NCBI RefSeq assembly: GCF_964204645.1
Contig: NC_134032.1
Span: 8,606,275 to 8,670,274, forward strand
DNA from: Tubulanus polymorphus
Lineage: Eukaryota; Animalia; Nemertea
Length of the DNA stretch: 64,000 nt
Direction of reading: 5' to 3'
The stretch's first letter is position 1. Every line of letters starts with the position of its first letter. The translations under genes were made by a program, and so were the position numbers. The notes beneath the pieces were generated by a model, which was not told where the DNA came from, did not search any database, and saw nothing but the letters and a program-made list of their open reading frames with translations. Below are positions 1-11,200 of the stretch, in pieces.

Positions 1-470
1 AAGTTAATAATTTGAAAATTAAAGTATTCGAATTAATGCAATTACCAGAGACAAAAGGTGTAAATATCAAAGATAGAGCAAAAGATGAATTTAACAATAT
101 AAGTGAAGATAAATTAAATAAATACGTTTAATAAACTCTATAATTGTTTTCTAAGGGTTTGAAAGTTGATGATAGGCATCTTTGTAAACAAATAGGCGAA
201 GATGAACGTGATAAAAAAGAAAGAAATTGAGCAATGCATGGAGGGAATTAAAAATAGAAATATAGCTGCAAAGCAGCGACAACGGGTTTCTGCCTTGCTG
301 GTTTAAATGTCGCACTGGGAAGCGCACAAAGATTTCACCAAATAATTCTTATCAGTTTTATAACATGCGACTATTTTGAAGGAGCGCGACACATATCCTG
401 GGTGTGTGGATCCACAAGGGCTACCACGTAAAAAGTGCTGATGAACATTGTTTTGTGTTTGGTATAGTAT

Positions 471-1265
471 AGTGTAGTGTAGTGTAGTGTAGTGTAGTGT
501 AGTGTAGTGTAGTGTAGTGTAGTGTAGTGTAGTGTAGTGTAGTGTAGTGTAGTGTAGTGTAGTGTAGTGTAGTGTAGTGTAGTGTAGTGTAGTGTAGTGT
601 AGTGTAGTGTAGTGTAGTGTAGTGTAGTGTAGTGTAGTGTAGTGTAGTGTAGTGTAGTGTAGTGTAGTGTAGTGTAGTGTAGTGTAGTGTAGTGTAGTGT
701 AGTGTAGTGTAGTGTAGTGTAGTGTAGTGTAGTGTAGTGTAGTGTAGTGTAGTGTAGTGTAGTGTAGTGTAGTGTAGTGTAGTGTAGTGTAGTGTAGTGT
801 AGTGTAGTGTAGTGTAGTGTAGTGTAGTGTAGTGTAGTGTAGTGTAGTGTAGTGTAGTGTAGTGTAGTGTAGTGTAGTGTAGTGTAGTGTAGTGTAGTGT
901 AGTGTAGTGTAGTGTAGTGTAGTGTAGTGTAGTGTAGTGTAGTGTAGTGTAGTGTAGTGTAGTGTAGTGTAGTGTAGTGTAGTGTAGTGTAGTGTAGTGT
1001 AGTGTAGTGTAGTGTAGTGTAGTGTAGTGTAGTGTAGTGTAGTGTAGTGTAGTGTAGTGTAGTGTAGTGTAGTGTAGTGTAGTGTAGTGTAGTGTAGTGT
1101 AGTGTAGTGTAGTGTAGTGTAGTGTAGTGTAGTGTAGTGTAGTGTAGTGTAGTGTAGTGTAGTGTAGTGTAGTGTAGTGTAGTGTAGTGTAGTGTAGTGT
1201 AGTGTAGTGTAGTGTAGTGTAGTGTAGTGTAGTGTAGTGTAGTGTAGTGTAGTGTAGTGTAGTGT
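471..1265. repeat. (AGTGT)n microsatellite, ~159 units
   Basis: Perfect pentamer array; it produces the spurious HYTTL ORF 421..1350. Confidence 0.99.
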
Positions 1266-1349
1266 AGTATAGTAGATATTTATTACTCATCACAGGTGTG
1301 CAAAATGGTTTGATAGGAAATGGTTTGCATGAACTAATCGTACCCGACA

Positions 1350-1407
1350 TTTCGATCTCACCCTAGAGATCATCGTCATGTGTCAGATCTCTAGGGTGAG
1401 ATCGAAA
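1350..1407. repeat. 22-bp perfect inverted repeat with 14-nt loop
   Basis: TTTCGATCTCACCCTAGAGATC (1350-1371) and GATCTCTAGGGTGAGATCGAAA (1386-1407). Confidence 0.9.
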
Positions 1408-1637
1408 CGTCGTGTGTTTTGCATATTTTAGATTGTTCGAATACAAAAACTACTTGATTTTTTAAATTCTTTTAATTTGTAGATAGTGGGTTTTTATCTT
1501 ATAAAATGCGTTCACTACGTTTGAGTGTGGTTATCGTTCTACCCGCTGGCATGGCACTGTGTATATGTACTTACACAGTATATCCGGATATCCGATTGGC
1601 TAATAATGACATCATCTAAGCTGCGCTTGTAGCTGCG

Positions 1638-1711
1638 CACCCGGTCTAGTGTGGCAGGATTTCGTACCTTGGCAATTTCGATGCCATCAGGTTCGAATCC
1701 CTGCCGGGGGA
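1638..1711 (+). other. tRNA-like sequence (degenerate tRNA or SINE head)
   Basis: A-box-like GGTCTAGTGTGGCAGG, B-box GGTTCGAATCC, and complementary CCCGG/CCGGG ends; anticodon arm does not fold convincingly. Confidence 0.4.
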
Positions 1712-2848
1712 GAATGTGTTAGGATATTAGGATATAGTCCGTGTTCAAGATACGTATATATGTTTGTTAGATATTACTACTAGTGCCCCCGACTGGTTAT
1801 TTCACTCATTAACACTTCAAATAATCCGTTTTTCTTTACGAATTATAGAATGGTTGATTTTAATCGGAAATTTCATAAAGTCGCGTTTTGCTTAGTTTCC
1901 GTACTACTTGTAAGCATCGATTTTGGATAAAATTATCTAGAATTCGTGTTAAGCGTTTACAGGATAAACAGCTTTTTAATAATTGCGAATTTTGCAGTTT
2001 GGACCGTAGGGTTTTGCAGGGTTTACTTGAATTTCCCTAACCATTATTACATTGTCTTCTTGCCCCCTCCGCTAACCCCCTTACCTCTCACCTCACGATA
2101 CCGAGTATATGTTGTTCGTTTGTTCGATGAGGTTTTCGTCAAATACTAAACGAATTTTAGTTGTGTGAAGTGGCATAGAGTTGTCAGGTGTTGCACGAAG
2201 ATACCTGATGTCGCCTACTGTTGCCAGGAGCCTTATTTCGCTATGTATTTTACTAACGGTTTATTACTTGATTTTCAGGTTAGACCCCCACGCCTGCGCC
2301 CCCTATTACTCAATCGACCCTGAATGTTCATAAATTATATTCATATATTATATTTTATTATATTATATTACAGTGTTTATTGCTACGCCGGTGTTGCTAC
2401 GCTGCTATTTCGCTTTTGTTCGGCGATCGTCGCAAAATCGGAATATTCTCAAAAGCTATTGTACGCGCACCGCCGACCAAGTAGTCACGAAAACCCTCAC
2501 TGACCGCTGCGGACCATTTCTTTTAGGTCCGGTTACGCTGAATGGTTTCCATCTCTATAATTCGCTTATCTCAACTTATTGATTCGTCGCGTATCGGCGG
2601 GGGTTTGAAAATTAGTCACTATCGCCACCTATTGTCTAGCGTGTAGACCGCTCGTTCGACGACGACCCAGTTCCGCAGTCCGCGGATGAAATTGAATCGC
2701 GATTGTCGGAATCTAGATTGTTGACTTTTTGATCCGCGAATCGACTTCATTTGGCAGACAACTACGAATTCTGAATCAAAAATAGTTACAAGGGATTGGA
2801 AAAATCGTGTGTCGCATTTGACGAATTACTTAGTTAACGAATTCAATT

Positions 2849-5056
2849 TCGACTCGGGCGTCTGGAACTGGGTCCGTCACGTGTGCGTTTGCTTTGCATC
2901 TCGCTGCGTTTTTTTTGGTGACGCTTCGCTTGAAAAAATCTCTTAATCGTTTTTCTACGCTTTTACGTATATTTTTATAAGCAGCTTAGCCAGCTTCCTC
3001 CAATCGTAAGTAGTAGGCCGTTTGTCCACGTCCGTCGTTTATACAGCACCACCGCAAAGCTGATTGCTGTATTTATGTGTATTTTGTTTCATCGTCACGG
3101 CAACCACATTTTAGTTGACTAACTAACCCCCTGTCCATGTACACCGTTAACTGTTGCAACCAAATTTTCGTTCGATTTTCCAAGTTTGTTATTCCCGTAA
3201 AAAAAGGAATCTATTCCCGATGATAATTCGGGAGAGGCTCTAATTCGCAGAGAACAGCGCTGCTCGTTCCTAAAGAAAAATAAAAAGAAGATATTGTCGT
3301 TTTCAATAAAATTTTCAATTATTTTTGCGATGACCTCTAGTTTTTTTATGGGAATAGTTCGTTTTTTAGTGTCCTTTAGTTTTTTTATCAATCAAAGATT
3401 TCGGAGTTGAGACTTAATTAAATCCAGGTTTCGTTTATCGGGCGTTTCCGTATATCTCGCACGTAGCCAAAGTTTTTAGTCTAGACCCCGGAATCGGTCT
3501 TTACGAATAAAAGAAAATTTATTCGAAAAAAATTCACCGTTGTTTGTTTGTCCTTGAATGTTTAGACGGCCCTCGCACTTGCTAAAATACATTTGAAATA
3601 TCGTTTTCGAAAAAGTCTCAAAATTTCAAAGATTCAAAAAACAAATCGGGTCAGTGTTTTTCGTTAGATAAATGTTAGACGGTCGCGGAAAATTATCGTC
3701 AAATCCACTCACTTTTAGAATCGTAGAATTTTGGTTTCCATAGACAAGGGGCTGTCCAATATCAATTAGTCGACAAAAACCCACAATAAAAAAGAAAAAA
3801 AAAACAGTTTTTGAAAATGGCTCATAGATTTGAGTCGAAACGTCAAACTATCAGATAGTTTTTCTTTTTTATTGTGGGTTTTTGTCGACTCGTAGAATTT
3901 TGTTCCATCGCACCCAGAAAACAACTTTATCCCACTTTTCCTGCGATTTTCGTTGATTTTTTCGAATGTTGAACCGTGCGCGATAACGAGTATTCGATAT
4001 TCGAAAGTGTTGTGTAATTTTGCCACGTGGCCGTGTTCTATAGAACAGGGTCCCGAGTCCTGTTCCACAGTTCTCTGAGATATAAGTTTGAACGGTATAT
4101 GGAAAGAGTTTTAGTTATGATCGTTCTCACAAATTAGATACTGGTTTAGACGTCGAATGCCAGCGATATAACTGCGTGCGGAAAGTGGCCCACCCTTGTT
4201 TTTGTTCTCATTGAAAACTTGAAGTAACCGATTGCGATCAAACCAAAATCAAAATGTGGGTTCACATATTTCCGTGAAACTGGACCCGGCAGTTGAATCG
4301 ATCTCGGAACTGTGGAATGGTGCTGAACCTGCATAGGTATGAAAGTCTGCCTTTCAATAATGCTGACGCATTGAAAAAAAAATGTTTGAAGGGTAAATTT
4401 TAAACACTTGGACTGGGTTTCATAGATGTGGAAGCAAAACAGTCTCCAGTCGCATTTGTTGAATCGTATTCAGACGAATTTCGACTCTAACGCCGGAAAA
4501 TCGAAAATCGACTCGGGCGTCTGGAACTGGGTCCGTCACGTGTGCGTTTGCTTTGCATCTCGCTGCGTTTTTTTTGGTGACGCTTCGCTTGAAAAAATCT
4601 CTTAATCGTTTTTCTACGCTTTTACGTATATTTTTATAAGCAGCTTAGCCAGCTTCCTCCAATCGTAAGTAGTAGGCCGTTTGTCCACGTCCGTCGTTTA
4701 TACAGCACCACCGCAAAGCTGATTGCTGTATTTATGTGTATTTTGTTTCATCGTCACGGCAACCACATTTTAGTTGACTAACTAACCCCCTGTCCATGTA
4801 CACCGTTAACTGTTGCAACCAAATTTTCGTTCGATTTTCCAAGTTTGTTATTCCCGTAAAAAAAGGAATCTATTCCCGATGATAATTCGGGAGAGGCTCT
4901 AATTCGCAGAGAACAGCGCTGCTCGTTCCTAAAGAAAAATAAAAAGAAGATATTGTCGTTTTCAATAAAATTTTCAATTATTTTTGCGATGACCTCTAGT
5001 TTTTTTATGGGAATAGTTCGTTTTTTAGTGTCCTTTAGTTTTTTTATCAATCAAAG
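2849..5056. repeat. ~549-bp direct repeat pair (2849-3397 and 4508-5056)
   Basis: The two copies read identical; they give identical ORFs 3119..3391 and 4778..5050. Confidence 0.95.
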
Positions 5057-5139
5057 TTCGTTCGTTCGTTCGTTCGTTCGTTCGTTCGTTCGTTCGTTCG
5101 TTCGTTCGTTCGTTCGTTCGTTCGTTCGTTCGTTCGTTC
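5057..5139. repeat. (TTCG)n microsatellite
   Basis: Perfect tetramer run right after the second direct repeat. Confidence 0.97.
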
Positions 5140-5222
5140 ATTTCATTCATTCGCTCATTCTGTATTACATTTTTGCGCATCGCTTCAACGGCAGCCGTCG
5201 TGCTTTTCTTCGTTATTTCCAG

Positions 5223-8200
5223 TGCGCATCCCGCCGTCGATCAACTCGGTGACGCCGAGTTCGCTGATCTCGTCGAGCGAACGCGCGACGTTGACGTGCA
5301 AGGCCAGCGGTTCCCCGAAACCAAAGTAAGTACCGCCCCCTCAACCCCCAGTTTTTCGTAAATTGTAGTTTCCAGTGCGTATCCCGCCGTCGATCGTGTC
5401 GAACCTACAATCGGCGTTGTAAGCCAGCTCCGAAAAAGCTGTGTTCAAGTGCAACGCCATCGTCGCCCGCCCGCCACCGCCGCAAGGTAGCGTTTCTTCG
5501 TAACGGGTTCCTATTTTGTTTTGTATATATGTATATAATTCTGTTCATGTTTTGTAAATTTTTATATTCCATATTTTGTATTCAATCTTGCCTCCACGTA
5601 CCATTCTTATGGTTGGAGTGAAATAAATATCTTATCTTATCTTCCGCTTAAGAAGACCTCGCAAGCGCTCGCACACGTACACGCACACGCACACACTACA
5701 CACGCGCACACAACACACGCCCGCACTTATGCGACTGAAAAATATCTTGGGAATTTCATTACAAAGTTCTGAGGAAGAGATTTTCACGATGAAACTTTGT
5801 GTATCCGTGAACATTTCGGATCGGAAAAGGTTTTTCCGCTGGAGGGTTATGAATTTGATTATTGATAAGTCTGCCCCTCTTGGGAGGTCATGAGAACCCA
5901 GTTCTCTGAGAGGTCCATCATTAAGATCTCAATTAGTCCAACTCCCTGAGAGACCCACCATCCATCCAGACTGAACCCTTTGAGAAAGGACAGGAGTCAG
6001 CCTCCCAGTATGTTTGGAAGTGTTGAGTTCCTCCAGCTGAGGGTCCCGAACTCCCCTACCCTGCCCTCCCGCTAGTAGAAAATACATTGAAAATATAGAT
6101 AAACTTATATAGCTTCGTTAATGCCTTAACGATACTTAAACCCTGTGTTGGTTTAGGTCGATAGTTGAACCAAGTTGCTCATAGTTGCCCGCACGGTCGT
6201 CTTCTTTCTTTTAGGATCCGCTGGATGATGAGTTCCGGTAACAGCGAGTTCTCTCCGGTCACTCACATCCCAGGATCCTACGAATTCCCGATAAAACCGG
6301 ATGGAACGCGCGATCACACGCAGTTGAAGGCGCGACCGAGTCGCAACAACGAGTTGGCCGCAAAGACCCCGCCGGAGAACGATAAATACGCGTGCTACGC
6401 CGAGAACGATTACGGAAAAACGGCGTCGAACAACGTGGTCGTCAATGAGAAATGTAAGTTCATGGCCGTCCTCTGCCAACACCCATCCCCCCACTTTATT
6501 TTGACTAGTGAAAACGTTAGTACAGTTACCCCCTCTTCCTCTCTCCCCGCTCTTCCCCTCCCTATTTTACTCACAGTTGGTGGTTTATTAATAATGAAAG
6601 TTTATAATTAAACTCATGAAATTTCTCTAATCGCGGACAGTTATGGATTTCTATCACGCAAAACATAATTCAAACTCCGTTTCTTTTCAACGATGTTCAT
6701 TAATTTCCCGGCGTTAAGACGCGATGATTAAAATTGGCAACGGATACGGGTAGCGTTACATTGTCATCGCGTAATAGGTGATTTACGATCCATTCGCTGT
6801 GGTATTAGGCGCATTTATCATGCTTAAAACGGCAATTTTAATTTTAATCCCCTGCTCTATTTCCACCCCCATGTTTTGTCATGATTTGACCTGCAGCACA
6901 AGTCCCGCTACATGCCTTATGTGCGGATTCTTTAGGCTCAAGTCGTCATTCAAAACTTGAAATTAGACCGGTTCTTAGATTTGAACCAATCTTCGAACTT
7001 AAGCCGCAGCAACCGTACTACCAATAGGCCCTGGATTATTATGGGTTTTTTTTATAGAAAATATCGATGAAGCCGGTCCTTGTCAATTTCTGGAATGTGG
7101 AAAAATTTACAAACGAATTATTAATGTAAAATCTCGTGTTCTCCTGCAGACACCGGTGACTTCAGCCCGGAGAATTTGAAGGTGAAACCGACGTTGCAGG
7201 TACAGGAAGGCTTGACCACCGAATTGAAATGCAACCCTCCGGACTCGTTCCCGAAGCGAGCCATCATCTCGTGGCTGATCATCAAAGGATACGGAAAGGT
7301 CGACGCCAGCACCGTACGCGCGATCACCACCGATACGAGGGTTATGATCGGTCCAAACGGTAAGAGTTCGATCTGAAAAAAGAAATATGTACGTTTATAT
7401 CCCATTATAACTGACTACTTAATACCCCTAAAGTGCTGGAGATTTTTAAAGATTTCATCCCAGTTTGTCACTGCCTCATGACATTTACACCGAGGTACAG
7501 CATATTGTTAGTTATTGATATTTCGGTATGTTTTTCTGCTGTCTTTCAAATTACTATTGGCATCAATACACTGCGATAAGGTGTACTAGCAAAGTTCATC
7601 AATTTATACACCGCATTGCGGTGTAGATGCACTGAAAGGGTTTTCTTTTGAAGAATGGATTTACTTAATTTTCCATGATATCGTGATGGGGGGATTAATC
7701 TAGGCGGACATTATGTTTAAGTGTTCTAAAATGATTTGATCGTACATAGGTAACCTGTTTTTCTCGCAAATTTTACCATCCGACGCGACCAAACCGGACT
7801 CGGATGAGACATACGTCTGTCAGTACAATAACGCCGCACAGGGTACTATCAAACAGGGCAGTCCGATTTCCATCAAAGTGAAACCAAGTAAGTCAGATCA
7901 CGTCAAATTTGAAGATAGAAAATGTTCTATTCTTTTTCTTGCCGTATCCATTTTGAACAACAAAATTTTGTTCTAAATACACAAATCTATTTTGACAAAA
8001 AGTCTAGATTTATTACGAGTTAGTCGTTTGTTTTCAAGCTAGAAATATTGAAATGTTCATTATTCTAGACTAGGGATCAATCGACGTGAGTTGAAGTTGA
8101 TTTTATGGACAAATTCAGATCAGACATTTCCAAAATTTGTGCTTGAAAATTGCGGTTTTTATTTAGCATTTTGTTTCAAGACGTCCAAACTTTTCGATTG

Positions 8201-11200
8201 CAGATCCCAACATGCCAAACAAGCCTCCGGCGTTGATGGCCAATTCGCCGCGGCTTGTAAGCGCATTAGAACGCGATCAGATCGACCTGTATTGTATTTC
8301 AAGCGCCAAGTAAGTGCTTAAAACGATTCGCTTTAATAGTCCGGTCATTCAAGTCGAAATTAGTTCATTTCCGATTTCGCTATTCCATTAACTACTACGT
8401 TCCATTCGAAATGAAGTCACCTTTTCACTGTAGTACATCGACTAGCCTAACACACCGGGGCTAGAAAGTGAATTTCATATCTTTTATGAGGCTCGTTTCG
8501 CAATATATTCGTGCTCGCGAGTTCATAATATTTGAAGTCGAGACCCAGTTTCGAAAATTTGAAAACTGGAAGTGAACTAATTTTGGCCGACTGTTCGGTC
8601 ATCGTGTCGGTGGGATAGTATTTGTGTACCTGCTGATTGTGTAAATATTTTTGCGTATATTTTATTTTTTCAGGCCGGTCGCTACCGTTTCGTGGCGTCG
8701 CCTCGACGGCAAGCCGATGCCGTCGAATCATTCGTATTCGAACGGCAACGTTCACTTGTATTTGAAAAACGTCGCACCGAGTTACACCGGCGAGTACGAG
8801 TGTACGGTGTCGAACTGGATGGGCAGTAAAACGTCCAGAACCCGCGTCGCAATCATAAGTAAGTTTTTATAGTAAAATGGGGTGGTCATGAAAAGTCAGG
8901 GAAATTTCTTTTCTTCAAATATTGTCTCGGTGGAATAGTCGGGGAATTTGTAAAAAAAGCTGAAAATCAGGGGCGGGCGCAGGAAAACCCTGTTAGTGCT
9001 AACCGTGGTTAGTGCACTGTGATTAGGCATAAATGGGAAAATAAGAGTGGCCACCCTAGAAAGCCAAAATCGCAATTTGAACAATGTTAATTTTTTGACT
9101 AAATTGTGATTGCTCGGCGAATATCCAGTTCCGTCGTAACATTCAGGAGTCACTCTCTAGAAACTATCAACATGATGCAATGCGGGGCAATCCCATTTTA
9201 TAGAGGCTGTCTCCGAAATGATTTTTGAGCCATTAGGGTGAATCCATTCGATGATTTTCATAACAATGTGTTCGGAAACATCCCTTTCTAGTTTCAACCT
9301 CAGATAAATGAGCGTGATTTATAAAAGAAAGGTGAACGTACGTATTCTCCTGAAATCGTTCATTTCTCTGCGATTTTACTTTCAGCTTTACCGAAGTTCA
9401 TCAAGAAACCGGTCGATTCGACGTACGTTATCGGCGGCACGGCTAAATTCGAATGTCAGGCAACCGGTATCCCGACCCCGACTACTGAATGGCTCGAAAA
9501 TCTCGTTCCAGTACCCCGTAAGTGAATGAAAATTTTTCAATGAGCTTATGGAAGTGGGGGGCCGTAACTTCAAATCTTAAACACGACTGGAAAATTTGGA
9601 GAGTAGCTTTTTACTCGTTTCGTTGGTATCGGTGATTCCCATTGGTCAGTTTGCAGACGTATGAACCAATCATGTCATGAAATGGCGTCTACTTATTGCT
9701 TGCCCTCCAATAAAAAAAATCATCCAAGAATCAAGGTAATACTTCTCTAAAGTCAAAAGATATGTGGTTTAGTTAGTAACTTAGGCTGAACGAAAGTGGT
9801 ACCTTGTTTCTCCGCAGTGGCCGGGTCATTTCTATGGACTTTCGCTTAAGCAAAGTCCATTGTATTATTGCTTATGAGACTTTTTTCTTTTGGTACAAAG
9901 TAACATTCGAACGAGAAAATATTGCACAAGAAAACTTTAATCTTTCAATGATTTTTTTATTCAGCGAAAAGTGATAAAAAACTGACGGTAACCGCGAACA
10001 CCTACGAATTACGTAACCTGATCCGTGGCGGGGAAGGCAGCGTGAACACTCCCGATATGAGAGTCGTCCAGTGTCGTGCTTCAAATATTCATGGTAGCAT
10101 CATAGCGAACGGATTTATAAACGTCGTTCGTAAGTATCAGTAAAATGATTTGTATGCTTATGATCCAGAGTATTTCAGGGAAATTATGTGAAACGACTCG
10201 AGTGACGGCCTTCTTATTCATCAAAAGTACGATGAGTTATTAACCCTTTCAGTGCTGATTAATAAAAACCCTCCCTGGAGTGCCATGCTGGTCAAATATG
10301 ACCCCTCCAATAAACCGTTCATAGATTTAAGAACTGGCCAGAACGTAGCTTGTACGTTTTCATTCAACGAATTGGGGTCATATAAGGAACACTGGACATT
10401 GAAGAATGCACCTTTTCAGAAAATTAAGTTTCTCTGGAAGTTTTTAGGTACTCAAAACTAATAATTAAGCAGCCTGGGGGTTCATATTTGACCCATCCCA
10501 AAAACATGTCAGTGTGAAAATATATCCAAAACTGATATTGATTTGTCATTAGGGACCAAGAAAACATAAATGTGCGGCTTGCCCTACTGCCAGAAATATG
10601 TTTGCGCATCCCAGGGCTATAGTGCTGGAGACAATTTGAAAATTCATAAAAAATTCCACCCTAGTGTGTTGAATAATGGGAATCATCTTTCAATAGAGAT
10701 AAAAACTAATCACTATTTACAGCTATACATCGCAGTGCGGTGTACTTGCAAAATCCATCTCCGATTTATACACCGCACTGCTGTGTAGACGCACTGAAAG
10801 GGTTAATGATGACCTCATTCTCCATAAGATTTCGATGATGAAGTTACTAACAATGACCTTCTCGTTCTCGACATCTTCGACGATTCAACCAATTTATGAT
10901 AAGTTACTTATAACGACTTCTTATTCTCGATAAATTCAGCAATAAATGCGGATAAATTTCGAACAGTTGCTAACCATAAGCTTCTCGTTCGCGATGAAAA
11001 CGATACCGTTGGAAATTGTCTTAAAGTTTTCTTGTTGTCTCCGCAGAGCCGCTCGAGATGCGCGAGCCGAAAGCGAGTAACAGCAAGAACGCGTCGGTGA
11101 TGACGTTCAAATTCAAAGATGCCGTCATCCTGCCGTGCAAAACGCAATCGGATCCGGCGACGATTCCGCAAATAGAATGGCTGTTCAACGACGGCATGAT

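Noticed and set aside
471-1265. CRISPR array or telomere
   Set aside because: No spacers, and the unit is not a TTAGG(G)-type repeat; it is an internal microsatellite.
421-1350. 309-aa HYTTL-repeat ORF
   Set aside because: Translation of the (AGTGT)n microsatellite; not a gene.
3119-5050. Duplicated 90-aa ORF as a gene pair, or LTR retroelement
   Set aside because: No recognisable motifs and no LTR hallmarks; a by-product of the direct repeat.
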